In this document: piece after piece, positions 1-11,623 of the stretch
Numbering within the stretch: position 1 is the stretch's first letter
Layout: each line of letters opens with the position of its first letter
DNA from: an uncultured candidate division Zixibacteria bacterium
GTDB taxonomy: Bacteria; Zixibacteria; MSB-5A5; GN15; PGXB01
Assembly: GCA_963702205.1 (NCBI GenBank)
Contig: OY969724.1
Coordinates: forward strand, 672,001-736,000
DNA length: 64,000 nucleotides
Direction of reading: 5' to 3'
The notes under the pieces: model-generated
The model's database searches: none
The model's input: only the letters and a program-made list of their open reading frames with translations
Told to the model about the DNA's origin: nothing
Translations under genes and position numbers: made by a program

Positions 1-1265
1 GTAGCAAAGCTGTCCCGATAATTAAACCGCATATCCACCGGCCGCAGCAGCATTTCCGGCCCCGGATATTTGGCTTGAAATTCCAGCACGATGCCTTCCT
101 CTGGTTGGATTGACAGGACGAGACGAGACGGGTGCCAATCGCGGCCAGACTCAGGTGGAAATGACCGGTGCGGGACGCCACGGAATTGAATAGCAATTTC
201 GGAGGTCTGCTGGGCTAGGCGCTTGCCGGTCCGAAGGTAGAACGGCACGTCCTGCCAGCGCCAATTGTCGACAAATAGCTTTAGAGCCACAAAGGTTTCA
301 GTCTGAGTATCAGCCGACACGCCGTCTTCCTGTCGATAGCCGGTCACCTTTTTGCCCCTGATCCAACCCGGTCCGTACTGTCCGCGCACTGCGCACTGGT
401 GAACTGAGTCCTGCTGAATTGGACGGACCGCGTGGAGCACATCAACTTTCTTATTGCGAATCTCATCGGCATCGAAAGAGACCATCGGCTCCATAGCTAC
501 GAGACAGAGCAGTTGCATGAGATGATTCTGCACCATGTCGCGGAGCGCACCTGCCTGATCGTAGTAACCGCCTCGGTGTTCCACTCCCGCCTCTTCGGCG
601 ACAGTTATGGTCACATAGTCGACGTAACGACGGTTCCAAATCGGCTCAAAAAGTGGATTGGCAAAGCGGAAGGCCAGGATGTTCTGTACCGTTTCCTTCC
701 CCAGGTAATGGTCAATGCGAAAGATCTGGCATTCTTCGAAATTCGCAGCGAGGATGGCATTCAGAGCGCGAGCGGATTCCAGGTCATAGCCGATTGGTTT
801 CTCAACCACAATCCGCGCCCATTCTCGGTCAAGTGCCAGTCCAGCCTTGCCGACGTATTTTGGAATTTCGCCGAACATGCTCGGCGGGGTGGCCATGTAG
901 AAGATGCGGTGGGCTTTGGTCCCCCACTCCTTTTCCAATCTTGCGAATAGCTCGCCCAGAATCTTATAAGTCTGCAATTTCTTAAAGTCCCCTTGTTGGT
1001 AGCTGATATGCCTGGCAAACTCGCTCCACTCGGAGGTCTTAACCGTTCGTAGCCGCGAGAACTTCTTGACGCCATCGTGGAGACGCTGCCGCAGTTTCTC
1101 GTCGCTCAAATCCACCCGATCCACTGCAACGATCGCAAAATCAGCCGGCAAATTTCGGTCCTGGGAAAGGTCAAACAAGGCCGGCACGAGTTTCCGCCAG
1201 GTCAAGTCACCGGCGCCGCCAAAAATGACGAACACGGTCGGTTCAAGTTGGTCATTCGTCTTCAT
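1..1265 (-). CDS. zwf: Glucose-6-phosphate 1-dehydrogenase (3' end runs off the window)
   Basis: Manual translation from ATG 1265: [21 protein letters not shown]..., with [26 protein letters not shown] and RDMVQNHL motifs. Absent from the ORF track because it is open at the edge. Confidence 0.96.
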   Translation of the reverse strand, partial: MKTNDQLEPTVFVIFGGAGDLTWRKLVPALFDLSQDRNLPADFAIVAVDRVDLSDEKLRQRLHDGVKKFSRLRTVKTSEWSEFARHISYQQGDFKKLQTYKILGELFARLEKEWGTKAHRIFYMATPPSMFGEIPKYVGKAGLALDREWARIVVEKPIGYDLESARALNAILAANFEECQIFRIDHYLGKETVQNILAFRFANPLFEPIWNRRYVDYVTITVAEEAGVEHRGGYYDQAGALRDMVQNHLMQLLCLVAMEPMVSFDADEIRNKKVDVLHAVRPIQQDSVHQCAVRGQYGPGWIRGKKVTGYRQEDGVSADTQTETFVALKLFVDNWRWQDVPFYLRTGKRLAQQTSEIAIQFRGVPHRSFPPESGRDWHPSRLVLSIQPEEGIVLEFQAKYPGPEMLLRPVDMRFNYRDSFA

Positions 1266-1270
1266 GATTC

Positions 1271-2092
1271 TCACTCCTTTTCCCCTTCCGTACGAAGCGT
1301 TTCTTTCACGACGCTCGACTCAGGACTGCTGGAATCGGATAAATACTCCGACGGCAACTGAGCTGCGGCTTTCGCGTCAAGCATCCATGTGAGAGTCCCC
1401 GGATGCGGCCGCACCAGGGTTGCGGGGAGGTCCTCACGAGATTGGGTCCCCGCAATTACATTCCGGACAGTGGCGGCCTTTTTCTCACCGGTCACAAGAA
1501 ACAGCACGGCTCGCGCACTGTTGATGACCGGCAGCGTGAGTGTCACACGCCAACTCTCCAAGCGTGGCACGAAGACCTCCCGTGCAGTTTGTTGTAGTTC
1601 TCGGAGAACCAAAGATCCGGGAAACAGCGACGCGGTATGCCCGTCCTCTCCAAGTCCCAACAGAATCAGGTCACACCGGCCGGCAAAAAGTGGTAATAGT
1701 GTCTGCAATTCTCGCTCGTACTCACGAGCCGCGATGGCTGCATTTACTTCGCCTCTTATACGATGGACATTTGGAGTAGGGATGGGGATACGAGAAATGA
1801 ACTCGCGTTGGATCATTCCGTAATTGCTGTCGGGATCATCCGGGGGCACCATCCGCTCATCGCCAAAAATAAGATGAACCCGGCTCACATCCACCGGTTG
1901 GGTTACCAGTAAGTCGCCCAAGTGCCGGTACATGCCGCGTGGCGTATTGCCGCCAGACAATGCGATAAGACAGCGACCCCGTTCATGGATAGCGGCGGAG
2001 GTTACTGCGGCGACCTCACCAGCCGCGGCAATGTTGCAATCGTCCACTGTGGGCGATATGTTTACGCTCGGATTCGGCCCCGTCCCGTTCAT
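1271..2092 (-). CDS. pgl: 6-phosphogluconolactonase
   Basis: [15 protein letters not shown] and [14 protein letters not shown] motifs; ATG at 2092 overlaps the gnd stop (ATGA). Confidence 0.93.
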   Translation of the reverse strand: MNGTGPNPSVNISPTVDDCNIAAAGEVAAVTSAAIHERGRCLIALSGGNTPRGMYRHLGDLLVTQPVDVSRVHLIFGDERMVPPDDPDSNYGMIQREFISRIPIPTPNVHRIRGEVNAAIAAREYERELQTLLPLFAGRCDLILLGLGEDGHTASLFPGSLVLRELQQTAREVFVPRLESWRVTLTLPVINSARAVLFLVTGEKKAATVRNVIAGTQSREDLPATLVRPHPGTLTWMLDAKAAAQLPSEYLSDSSSPESSVVKETLRTEGEKE

Positions 2093-3513
2093 AGTTTGTC
2101 CCACTCGGTATGAAAAGTGCCTTTGGCATCGACGCGTTCATAGGTGTGTGCACCGAAGTAATCCCGCTGGGCCTGGATGAGATTTGCCGACAGCCGCAAG
2201 CTCCGATAGGCATCGAGATAGCCCAAAGAGACCATCAACCCCGGAGCCGGCACACCTAATTCGGCGGCCTGGCACACAACTTGACGTAAGTCCTCCTGAT
2301 GCTCAATGACCTTGCGCGACAAATTGGGATCCAGCAATAGATTCGGCAGATCGCGCTTCACGTGGAACGCCGCACAGATGTCTTCCAGCAGTGCGGCGCG
2401 GATGATGCAGCCACCTCGCCAGATGCGAGCCACGGCTTCAAGGTCAAGGTGATACTCATAATTGTTTGAGGCGACCACCAGGAGCGCCATACCTTGAGCA
2501 TAGACTGTAATCACCCCGGCAAAGAGCGCTCGGCCCAGTTGCACAAGAAAAGTGTTGCGATCACCTGTTAGGCGCTGCTCGGACCGCGGATAGATTGCGC
2601 TGGCTAGTCTTCGCTCTTCCGCAAACACCGACAAGTTCCGCATCGCCACCGCCAGGTCAATCGTGGGGATTGGAACCTGTAGTTCCATCGCGCTTTGTGA
2701 AGTCCACATGCCGGTGCCCTTCTGCCTGGCGACGTCGAGGATTTCGTCAATCAATTTTTTGCCGGTCCTTCCATCCTGTTTCGCAAAAATGTGACTCGTG
2801 ATTTCCATCAAATAGCCGTTCAGTTCGCCGTTGTTCCAGGTGCTGAACACGTCATGCAGCTCGTTATCGTTGAGGCCCAGGCCACGCTTCATCAGATCGT
2901 ATGTCTCGGCGATCAATTGCATGACGCCATACTCGATGCCGTTGTGGACCATTTTCACGAAGTGTCCGGCCGAACCGGGGCCCAGCCAGGTCACGCACGG
3001 ATCGCCGTTGACCTTTGCAGCTGCGGCTTCAAACACGGGACGGACTCGCTCGTAGGCCTCCTTCGACCCACCGGGCATGATGCTCGGTCCGTGACGGGCA
3101 CCTTCTTCGCCGCCCGATACTCCCACGCCGAGAAAATGGATGCCTTTCGCTCCTAGACTGCGAACACGCTCATCGGTGTCTTTAAAGTAGGAGTTGCCGC
3201 CGTCTATAATAAGATCACCCGGATGGAGGTGCGGGAGCAGATCCTCAATGACTGCATCAACCGGAGCACCGGCGGGAACGAGCATCATGATGGCGCGCGG
3301 TCGACGGAGCAGAGCTATGAACCCTACAATGTCGTCGGCGCCGCAGACATCACGTTCTCGTGATTCCTGGCGCAGGGCGTCGACTTTGCTCGAGTCTTTA
3401 TCATACCCCGCCACCGAGAAGCCGTGGTCGGCTATGTTTAGCACTAAATTGCGTCCCATAACGCCCAGACCAACCATTCCGATTTCATAACCTTGTTGTT
3501 GTTCATTAGTCAT
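2089..3513 (-). CDS. gnd: NADP-dependent 6-phosphogluconate dehydrogenase
   Basis: GLGVMG, GHFVKMVHNGIEY, QKGTG and LIQAQRDYFGAHTY motifs. Confidence 0.96.
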   Translation of the reverse strand: MTNEQQQGYEIGMVGLGVMGRNLVLNIADHGFSVAGYDKDSSKVDALRQESRERDVCGADDIVGFIALLRRPRAIMMLVPAGAPVDAVIEDLLPHLHPGDLIIDGGNSYFKDTDERVRSLGAKGIHFLGVGVSGGEEGARHGPSIMPGGSKEAYERVRPVFEAAAAKVNGDPCVTWLGPGSAGHFVKMVHNGIEYGVMQLIAETYDLMKRGLGLNDNELHDVFSTWNNGELNGYLMEITSHIFAKQDGRTGKKLIDEILDVARQKGTGMWTSQSAMELQVPIPTIDLAVAMRNLSVFAEERRLASAIYPRSEQRLTGDRNTFLVQLGRALFAGVITVYAQGMALLVVASNNYEYHLDLEAVARIWRGGCIIRAALLEDICAAFHVKRDLPNLLLDPNLSRKVIEHQEDLRQVVCQAAELGVPAPGLMVSLGYLDAYRSLRLSANLIQAQRDYFGAHTYERVDAKGTFHTEWDKL

Positions 3514-3605
3514 AGTTTTATCTCCAAAGCGGGCTACGGAACATTGTAGAATCGGGGTTCATTGCTTCTTCTTCAGACAATGCCAGACGCGTTGTCTCCT
3601 TCGAC

Positions 3606-6218
3606 TCATTTGTGCCGTTTATTTTCCCGAATCTCCCGCTCCGCCTGCCTCCAGTCCTGAGCTGCTCGGCCATCCTTGCGCCCTCTCTGTTCGTACAGTT
3701 CATAGGCACGCTCGGCGATCTCCGGTCCCAAGTCCGACGGCGTCCGGGCCTTGACGCGATCAAGAATCCGATACGCAAGCAGCTTCACGCGGTCATTGAA
3801 AAAGAACCAAGCCAGCGCATAGCCCCAGACAAACGCCGCCCAAGCCCAGCCAAGAGGCGTCATAAATAAGCCGTACACCGCAATCAAGGTTGCCACGATT
3901 TGTGTGCCAAGCACAGCTATCCATAAGATCCGAGCGGGGCGTATGGACCAAAACGGACCGCGCGTCCTGGTAAGGAAGATCGTGAGATGTCCCGCCACGG
4001 ACAACTTCAAATACATCAGGGTCTGAATGTGTGCACGGTCGAGATGAAAAACACGCTCTCCAAGATAGAACAGGCCGAAGGCCGAGATCACCCCTACGGC
4101 ACCGAGCACCGTAGAGATTCCCAGCACCTCCCGCATGTTCCATGCCTCGGGCTGATCCTTGTAATGAACGTTGTCATAGGCAATGGACAAAATGGCACCG
4201 TCGTTGAGAAGCGCCAGCACTACGATCATCACCGCTGTCAATGGATAAAAGTTGAATATCAGGATCGACGCTGTCATGAACAACAGTACGCGCAGGGTCT
4301 CGGCGATACGATAGATGGCGTAGCTGTTCATCCGCTGAAAGATTCTCCGGCTCTCTTTGATCGCATCAATAATCACTGACAAGCCTGGTGTCATCAGCAC
4401 GATCGCCGCCGCCGCGCGCGCCGCATCCGTCGCGTCCGAAACGGCGATGCCACAGTCGGCTTTCTTCAGCGCGGGGGCGTCATTCACGCCGTCACCCGTC
4501 ATACCGACGATGTGTCCGAGTTTTTGCAAGACGTCGACAATGTGGAACTTGTGCTCGGGAAAAACTTGAGCGAAGCCGTCGGCTATCTCGATAGACTCGG
4601 CCGCAGCCGTGCTCTCTTGTTTCTTTGAGTCGCCCAGACCACTTGCATCGAGGATGTTCTCACCCATGTCTAGCTTCTTGGCGGTTTCCTTGGCGATGGC
4701 CAGAGCATCGCCCGTAACCATCTTGATTTTTACGCCCATCGCCAGCGCAGTCGAGATGGTTGCCCTGGCATCTTCGCGTGGAGGATCGAACAAGGGCAAC
4801 ACGCCCACAAACTGCCATTGCCCGTCGCCGTCGGCCCGCGCCACCCCCAGCGACCGAAAGCCGCGCGCCGCAAATTCGTTGACGGCCTTTTCGACAGCGG
4901 ACTTCACGTTTCCGCTCTCGGTCGACAATGCCAGAATCACCTGCGGTGCACCCTTTGTCACCCGGAACGTCTTCCCGTCTTTAGCTTTGACGGTGGCCTC
5001 GGTGCGTTTATGCACCGGGTCAAACGGCTGGAAGTGAATCATCTCATAAGCCCCTAACAAATCCTCGTCTTTCATTCCACCCAGAACGGCCAGATCAATG
5101 GTATCGTTGTTGTCCGCGCGCGACGCCAGTGCGCCGTTTAGAATCACTTGATCGGCAGAGAAATCGTTAACGCCAAACGGATCGCCCAGTGTAAGTTTGT
5201 TCTGCGTCAGCGTACCGGTCTTATCCGCGCACAGTACGTCCACGCCCGCCAATTCCTCGATGGCCACCAACTTGCTGACAACCGCCTCCTTTTTGGCGAG
5301 TAGGCGCGCGCCGACAGCCATCGTAACCGACAGCACTGTCGGCATCGCAACGGGTATCGCGGCTACGGTCAGCACCAGGGCGAACTGAAGCGTTGTGAGC
5401 ATCGGATCGCCGTGAGAGATCGCTACGGCAATGATCACCGCCACCAGAGCCACCGCTAGGACGATGAGATAGTTGCCAATCTTCAGGACTGCGCGTTGAA
5501 AGTGGCTGACGGTATGCGCTTCCTGGACTAGCTGCGCGGTCTTGCCAAAGTAGGTGTTCACACCTGTGGCATATACCAGCGCGCCAATTTCACCCTGCCG
5601 AATGATCGATCCGGAAAACACAGCCTCGCCAGGTTTGCGCGTCGCGGGTAAGGACTCGCCTGTCAAAGCGGACTGATCCACTTCCACCGAATCCCCCGCC
5701 AACAAGCGGGCATCTGCCGGCACAATGTCTCCCAGGCGCAAGCGGATGACGTCACCCGGTACTAGCTCGCGCGCAGGCGGGGTGATCCACTCCCCATCAC
5801 GTTTCACTCTGGCCTTGATTGCCAGCTTGGCCTTCAGGGCCGCGATGGCGTTGCCCGCCTGGTGTTCTTCCAAGAATCCAACCACGGCGTTAGCAAGAAG
5901 CAAAAGGAGGATGATGGCAAAGTCCGGCCAGTGCCGGGCTACGGCAGAAAGGATCACGGCCACTTCGATCATCCACGGAATAGGCCCCCAGAAATAGGTA
6001 AGGAATTTCAGGAAGAGATTCGTGTTCTTTTCTTCAATCTCGTTGGGGCCAAACTTGGTCAGCCGTTTCTGCGCCTCGGCCTGACTTAGGCCATCCGGCG
6101 ACGACTCCAATTTTACCTGAAGCTCTGACATGGGAAGGGATTTAAGATCTTCCTTCGAATCGGGTTTGGCGTCTGGCTTCGATTCTGGCGTCTTGGGCTT
6201 GTCGGTCTCAGATTTCAT
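3606..6218 (-). CDS. Plasma-membrane-type H+-efflux P-type ATPase (P3A) with a C-terminal DUF2934-like tail
   Basis: TGES, PVAMP, DKTGTLT, FQPFDPV, KGAP, GDGVNDAPALK and LLNDG motifs; tail EIAERAYELYEQRGRKDGRAAQDWRQAE. Confidence 0.92.
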   Translation of the reverse strand: MKSETDKPKTPESKPDAKPDSKEDLKSLPMSELQVKLESSPDGLSQAEAQKRLTKFGPNEIEEKNTNLFLKFLTYFWGPIPWMIEVAVILSAVARHWPDFAIILLLLLANAVVGFLEEHQAGNAIAALKAKLAIKARVKRDGEWITPPARELVPGDVIRLRLGDIVPADARLLAGDSVEVDQSALTGESLPATRKPGEAVFSGSIIRQGEIGALVYATGVNTYFGKTAQLVQEAHTVSHFQRAVLKIGNYLIVLAVALVAVIIAVAISHGDPMLTTLQFALVLTVAAIPVAMPTVLSVTMAVGARLLAKKEAVVSKLVAIEELAGVDVLCADKTGTLTQNKLTLGDPFGVNDFSADQVILNGALASRADNNDTIDLAVLGGMKDEDLLGAYEMIHFQPFDPVHKRTEATVKAKDGKTFRVTKGAPQVILALSTESGNVKSAVEKAVNEFAARGFRSLGVARADGDGQWQFVGVLPLFDPPREDARATISTALAMGVKIKMVTGDALAIAKETAKKLDMGENILDASGLGDSKKQESTAAAESIEIADGFAQVFPEHKFHIVDVLQKLGHIVGMTGDGVNDAPALKKADCGIAVSDATDAARAAAAIVLMTPGLSVIIDAIKESRRIFQRMNSYAIYRIAETLRVLLFMTASILIFNFYPLTAVMIVVLALLNDGAILSIAYDNVHYKDQPEAWNMREVLGISTVLGAVGVISAFGLFYLGERVFHLDRAHIQTLMYLKLSVAGHLTIFLTRTRGPFWSIRPARILWIAVLGTQIVATLIAVYGLFMTPLGWAWAAFVWGYALAWFFFNDRVKLLAYRILDRVKARTPSDLGPEIAERAYELYEQRGRKDGRAAQDWRQAEREIRENKRHK

Positions 6219-6231
6219 TATGCGTATCCTT

Positions 6232-7371
6232 TTACGGTTTTGAATCCCCTATATCCAGGTTGTTAGCCTTCGCGTCGGGCAGGTCTGCGGCACCTTCCAG
6301 CGGTACAAAGTCTGGCAGATCAAGGCGAGCCACTCCGATGCGGTTATCGGCCATCCCATAGTAGATGTCAAAGCAATCCGGTAAGCCGAGATCGTCGCGG
6401 CGGTCGATGCCGGTGGGGAATACGACGTTAGGGACAGTCCCTCGGCGCTCTTGTGATAGCATCGGCGACAGCACCGGCTCCGACGAACGATAGCGAATCA
6501 CGCGCGGATGTTCTTTCGAGAGGAACATCACACCTGCCGAATAACACAGATGATGTCTATCATTATCCGAGGCTGTGATTTCGTTCACTCCATGGTATAT
6601 GATCAGCCAGCCATGACGGGTCAAGATGGGAGGAGTACCTCCGCCGATTTTGAGTCGCTCCCAGGGTGACACCGGAGTTGCCAGCCGATGATGCGAATTA
6701 AACAACCCCAGACTCTGCTGCTCACGGCCGTCCAGTGCGATCGGGCAGTAGGAGATCCAGATGCTCTCATGATCGAGATCAACCTCTCGCGACGCGGACT
6801 TACCAGCCGTCTCCTCAGGGCGAGTTCCGGGAAACAGAGGTCGATGCAGAATGGCCATCTGCATCTTCCCCGCGTGGTTGGGTATTGCCACGGGGAAAAT
6901 ACTGGCATCTTTGTCATCTACGTGGACGAAATCAATGCCATGAAACGGAGCAAAGGTCGCCAGCCCAAGTCGCTTCCATTGAAACAAATCCGCCGATATT
7001 GCCAGAGCTATCCGAGGGCCGATGGGCGAGAGCGCCGTATACGTCATCACGTAACTTTGGAGCCGTTCCACATACGTGATGCGCGGGTCTTCGCAGCCAC
7101 CGCCGCCATCGGGCAGCCGTTCATAATCCGTCTCTGGCTCGAGAGCAATACCAAGTCTCTCTACACCGGACGGATCACCAGCGCCATTAAACAGAACTCG
7201 AGCGATACCAATGCGAGAATAATTGCCTTTCGCGACGAGCCTCGGAAAGAGGTAGAGTTCGCCATCGCGGCCACGCGCCGCCGCCGGATTCAGGACACCT
7301 TCGGTCTCCAGCGGATTACCCGGCTCCGGTTCCATGATCTGTCCCAGGCGCACCAGTTGAAAGTCGCTCAT
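6232..7371 (-). CDS. GH130-like glycosidase/mannoside phosphorylase (beta-propeller)
   Basis: GVLNPA, GCEDPR, DKDA, LHRP, KIGGGTPP, IYHGV, NVVFPTG and YYGMAD motifs. Confidence 0.8.
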   Translation of the reverse strand: MSDFQLVRLGQIMEPEPGNPLETEGVLNPAAARGRDGELYLFPRLVAKGNYSRIGIARVLFNGAGDPSGVERLGIALEPETDYERLPDGGGGCEDPRITYVERLQSYVMTYTALSPIGPRIALAISADLFQWKRLGLATFAPFHGIDFVHVDDKDASIFPVAIPNHAGKMQMAILHRPLFPGTRPEETAGKSASREVDLDHESIWISYCPIALDGREQQSLGLFNSHHRLATPVSPWERLKIGGGTPPILTRHGWLIIYHGVNEITASDNDRHHLCYSAGVMFLSKEHPRVIRYRSSEPVLSPMLSQERRGTVPNVVFPTGIDRRDDLGLPDCFDIYYGMADNRIGVARLDLPDFVPLEGAADLPDAKANNLDIGDSKP

Positions 7372-7373
7372 CC

Positions 7374-8150
7374 CTATTCCTCCCCATGACATTCTGTAGA
7401 ATGAAGGTCATCCAGACAAGCGATGATCGCCTCAATCACGCGTTTCGACTCGTTTGGATCTCTGACTTTAATGGAAACAACACCTGCTTGTTCGACGGGA
7501 TAGTCGTTTCCACCCGGAAACAAAGCATCACCGACAAAAACCATCTCCTGAATCGCGATGCCAAGAGTGTCCCGTAGTTTTCTTATCCCGTAGGCTTTGT
7601 CAATGCCAGGTTTGGTGACGTCAACAGATGTCGTGCCACCCAGGCGCACAGAAAACTCGGGGATAAGCTTGTCCAAAAGAGACTTTATCTTCTTCCGCTT
7701 GGCGAAGTCAGGGTCCCATTTCTTCTTCTCTTCGATGGGTGCCTGCTGCCCTAGCGCGGAGTATGTAATCTGGCTTCCCCGATCTTCAATGACCTCACCC
7801 CAAACTCTTTCGACCTTGAAACCTGCTGATGCGAGTGCCTTCTTTAGCGAACTAATGATCTTCACCTTTTCATCCGCCGTGAAATCCTCTGAATAGATCC
7901 TTTCCCAACCCCCTTCATACTGGTAGAATTTGGTTCCGCAAGTCGGAAGGAGAGATAGATTCTTCAGGCGCTTGTCGAGGGGAAGATTGGATAGCACCTG
8001 TTTCTCAAACTGTGGCCAATCCCCTCCGGAAATCACCGCTACTTTGACGATTCTGAGAAGGTTGTGAAGCAGCGCCGACATTTCGGTATCAATAGATGAT
8101 TTGCTTTCGGCAAGCGTGCCGTCCAGATCAAAAACAATTAGCTTCTTCAT
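7374..8150 (-). CDS. HAD-IIB hydrolase, eukaryote-type phosphomannomutase-like
   Basis: FDLDGTL, EDRGSQI, GGTTSVDV, GIDK and FVGDALFPGGNDYP motifs. Confidence 0.8.
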   Translation of the reverse strand: MKKLIVFDLDGTLAESKSSIDTEMSALLHNLLRIVKVAVISGGDWPQFEKQVLSNLPLDKRLKNLSLLPTCGTKFYQYEGGWERIYSEDFTADEKVKIISSLKKALASAGFKVERVWGEVIEDRGSQITYSALGQQAPIEEKKKWDPDFAKRKKIKSLLDKLIPEFSVRLGGTTSVDVTKPGIDKAYGIRKLRDTLGIAIQEMVFVGDALFPGGNDYPVEQAGVVSIKVRDPNESKRVIEAIIACLDDLHSTECHGEE

Positions 8151-8153
8151 TGG

Positions 8154-9158
8154 TTATGATTCTTCCGGTAGTGAGATTTCCAACATTCTGACGAAACCAC
8201 GCACACGGCAGAAACACGCTCCCATTTCTGCTGGCAAAATCAGCGTGTCGCCTTTGCTGAATGCGTAATTGGCGCCGTTGTGTTCCAAGTGACCTTCTCC
8301 GGCGATGCACACAATCACTCGCGGCGTTCCAACAGCGCCGACCATGAACGACGAATAACCGCTAAATCGCCACAAGACAAAGTGTTCACAATGAAAGAGT
8401 CGCTCCCGAAGAACCGAATTCTCCTCCTCTACTACTGGCTCCACCGGACTGACTTCCCCTTGCGCAAAATCTATACACGCCATAGCTTGATCGATTTGGA
8501 GAGCCCGATGCTTCCCCGTCTTGGCATCGACGTGGTCCCAGTCGTAGAGGCGAAACGTCACATCGCTGTTTTCCTGCACTTCGAAAACCACCAAGTCGCT
8601 CAGCGAATGAACCGTCCCAGCCTGGATGAAGACACCGTCGCCAAGCTTTGGGGCGAAGCTTGACAAGCGATCTACAACCGTACCGTTTGCGATTGCCCGC
8701 CACATGTCCGCTGGGGTGGTGAAAGGTTTCAGCCCTGCGTAAATGCGGCTCTTTGGTCCCGCCTCCAGCACAACCCATGCTTCGGTCTTTCCGCCTTCGC
8801 CCAACGGCAGATATGTTTTTTGTCTATCCGATGGATGAACTTGGACGGAGAGCGTATAGCTAGCATCCAGGAACTTTAGTAAGAGAGGAAATCGTTGAAA
8901 TCGCCCGGCCATTGTCCCCAACAATTTCTCCGAAGACTGCTCCATCAGTTGGCGAATTGTTTTGCCTTTAAGCGGCCCATCAGCAATACGACTCTGATGC
9001 TCATCGCGGTCGCTAAGCAACCACGCTTCGCCGATTGGGCCCGTGCCCGGCAGCGGGGCCGTGAGCATATTGGCCAAACGACGACCACCCCAGAGCCGAT
9101 ACTGAAAGATCGGTTCGAATCGTAAGGGATACAGAGGGATTTGATTCATAGTACCCAT
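8154..9158 (-). CDS. manA: Mannose-6-phosphate isomerase type I (cupin)
   Basis: WGG, IGEAW, FPLLLKFLDA, LSVQVHP, KTEAW and EVQENSDVTFRLYDW motifs. Confidence 0.88.
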   Translation of the reverse strand: MGTMNQIPLYPLRFEPIFQYRLWGGRRLANMLTAPLPGTGPIGEAWLLSDRDEHQSRIADGPLKGKTIRQLMEQSSEKLLGTMAGRFQRFPLLLKFLDASYTLSVQVHPSDRQKTYLPLGEGGKTEAWVVLEAGPKSRIYAGLKPFTTPADMWRAIANGTVVDRLSSFAPKLGDGVFIQAGTVHSLSDLVVFEVQENSDVTFRLYDWDHVDAKTGKHRALQIDQAMACIDFAQGEVSPVEPVVEEENSVLRERLFHCEHFVLWRFSGYSSFMVGAVGTPRVIVCIAGEGHLEHNGANYAFSKGDTLILPAEMGACFCRVRGFVRMLEISLPEES

Positions 9159-9264
9159 CTAGTAATTGTCCTGCCACTTCCGTCGCGACCTTGTGTTTTA
9201 CATACGCGCAATATGGAGCAAACCACCGGAAGAATGCTCATTCTCCGCGATGCTGTTGACGGCG

Positions 9265-9626
9265 TTAGACTGAGGCCAGCCACTTGCTCGCCTCAGTGGC
9301 TCTTGTGTGATCGAAGTAGCGAACTGTCGCTTTCGTGAATGGCTTGCAGAACGTCGCCATGCCGTGCTGCCACCTCCTTTCTCGACCATCGCGAGTCTCT
9401 CTATGTCGTCGAAGTGTCTAACGGCAAACTTTGTGTCCTCCCACAGTGCGCCAGCATCCCAGCCATGGAATCCGGTCATATCGAATAGCATGCTCAACTT
9501 TCCAAGTTGCTGGACTAGTCGTTCGAACTCCGGGACAAAGCGTTCGTAATCCTCTTTGACCAGCTTCCCGCTGACGTGAACAGTGAGCACATTCCCACCG
9601 TCTTCTTCAGTAAATTGAATGGGCAT
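9265..9626 (-). pseudogene. SpoIIAA-like (STAS/SEC14) protein with a one-base frameshift
   Basis: MPIQF...HVSGKL...FHGWDAGALWED...IERLAMV; adding one G near 9384 continues it as GERRWQHGMATFCKPFTKATVRYFD...KWLASV*. Confidence 0.75.
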
Positions 9627-9784
9627 TTGGGACTCCTTCGATTTGATTGAGGCCAATATTGTCACAGTCCGGAGACTCGTTGCAGAATTCCGCAAGCAGT
9701 CTCTCGTAACTTATCATCACGATCCCTCCGCGCACTGAGCCTACTGCGCCGACATCTGATGGACTGGCTATATGGCCCATACAA

Positions 9785-11419
9785 TTACTCCTTGGTTCTT
9801 CTATAACGCCGAATTAGGCTATTGGTTGAGCTATCGTGTTGGAGTCGACACTCGCTGGTGGCTTCCAATTCGGGGATGATTTGTGCAGCAAGGGCTTTCC
9901 CAAGCTCGACTCCCCACTGGTCAAATGAGTCAATCCCCCAAATAGCGCCTTGGGTGAACACGCTGTGTTCATACAGAGCAACGAGCTTCCCCAGCGTTTC
10001 CGGAGTCAGCCTTTCCAAAAGAATAGTGCTGGAGGGGCGGTTTCCCTCGAAGGTTCGGTGTGACACCAGCCAAGCCGGAATATTCTCAGCTCGGACTTCC
10101 TCCGATGTCTTACCAAATGCCAGCGCCTCTGCCTGGGAGAACATATTTGCTAAGAGCAAGTCGTGATGACGACCGACAGGATGAAGTGGCTGGGCAAACC
10201 CGATAAGGTCGCAAGGAATGAGCTTAGTCCCCTGATGGATAAGTTGGTAGAAGGAATGCTGCCCATTGGTACCCGGCTCCCCCCAGTAAATTGGACCGGT
10301 TTGGCAAAGGACCTCAGTTCCATCAAGCGACACGTGCTTGCCGTTACTCTCCATCGTCAACTGTTGGAGATAGGCTGGGAAGCGTTTCAAGTACTGTTCA
10401 TATGGAAGAACCGCTATAGTCTGCGCACCGAAGAAATTATTGTACCAGATACCGAGGAGGCCCATAAGGACCGGAAGATTGCTTTCGAAGGGAGCAGTAC
10501 GGAAGTGCTCGTCCATCTGATGGAAACCGTCGAGCATGGTGCGGAAATGGTCGGGGCCAATGGCAATCATCGTCGAAAGGCCAATCGCCGAGTCCATTGA
10601 GTACCGTCCACCAACCCATTCCCAGAATTCGAACATATTTGCGGTGTCGATACCGAACTTTGCTACCTCCTGGGCGTTGGTCGAGACCGCCACAAAATGC
10701 CTGGCAACAGCAGTCCAATGTTTTAGACTCTTAAGAGCCCAATCGCGCGCAGTCATCGCGTTGGTCATTGTCTCTAACGTCGTGAAGGTCTTCGACGATA
10801 TGATAAACAGTGTCTCTTCGGCGTCGAGATTGCGGGTAGCCTCGGCGAAGTCGGTGCCGTCGATATTGGAGATGAATCCAAACGTCAAATCGCGCTGGCT
10901 GTAATGCCGCAACGCCTCATACGCCATCACCGGCCCAAGGTCGGACCCACCGATGCCGATATTGATGATGTTTCTGATTCGTTTGCCGGTGTGGCCCTTC
11001 CACTCCCCACTGCGAATCAGCGAGGAAAAGTCGGCCATCTTTTCAAGCACTTCGTGGACCTGGGGTATGACGTCATTGCCGTCTACAACGATGGATTGAT
11101 CCCTGGGCGCACGCAGGGCCACGTGAAGAACGGCGCGGTTCTCCGTGACATTGATCTTCTCGCCGCGGAACATGGCATCGATGCGAGCCCACAGGCCGGA
11201 CTCCTCCGCCAATTGCAGAAGGAGCCTGATTGTTTCGTCGGTGATACGGTGCTTTGAATAGTCAAAGTAGACGCCAACAGCCTCAGCCGTCATGCGCTCC
11301 CCGCGCTTGGGATCGTCTGCGAAGAGCCGGCGAAGGTGCAACTCTCTGATTTTCTCGTAATGGGCTTCGAGGGCCTGCCATGCCGTGAGTTTCGTGAGTT
11401 GCGGGATACTCATTGTCAT
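9785..11419 (-). CDS. pgi: Glucose-6-phosphate isomerase
   Basis: [31 protein letters not shown] and [10 protein letters not shown] motifs. Confidence 0.97.
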   Translation of the reverse strand: MTMSIPQLTKLTAWQALEAHYEKIRELHLRRLFADDPKRGERMTAEAVGVYFDYSKHRITDETIRLLLQLAEESGLWARIDAMFRGEKINVTENRAVLHVALRAPRDQSIVVDGNDVIPQVHEVLEKMADFSSLIRSGEWKGHTGKRIRNIINIGIGGSDLGPVMAYEALRHYSQRDLTFGFISNIDGTDFAEATRNLDAEETLFIISSKTFTTLETMTNAMTARDWALKSLKHWTAVARHFVAVSTNAQEVAKFGIDTANMFEFWEWVGGRYSMDSAIGLSTMIAIGPDHFRTMLDGFHQMDEHFRTAPFESNLPVLMGLLGIWYNNFFGAQTIAVLPYEQYLKRFPAYLQQLTMESNGKHVSLDGTEVLCQTGPIYWGEPGTNGQHSFYQLIHQGTKLIPCDLIGFAQPLHPVGRHHDLLLANMFSQAEALAFGKTSEEVRAENIPAWLVSHRTFEGNRPSSTILLERLTPETLGKLVALYEHSVFTQGAIWGIDSFDQWGVELGKALAAQIIPELEATSECRLQHDSSTNSLIRRYRRTKE

Positions 11420-11623
11420 GTTGATGTCCTTTCCAGCGCGGCTGCTACCGCCTTCACACTGCCGAAGGTCAAATGCCGGTAGTTTGTCATCTTCTGCTGT
11501 CTCCTAACTCTCTTTCACTCTTTCCACGATCGCTGCACTGACACCGCAGCGCCTTAGCCAATTGATTCTTCAACGCTAGCCCCGTATGATTGGGTGCAAC
11601 CCCAACGCATAGCAGTTTGGCAT

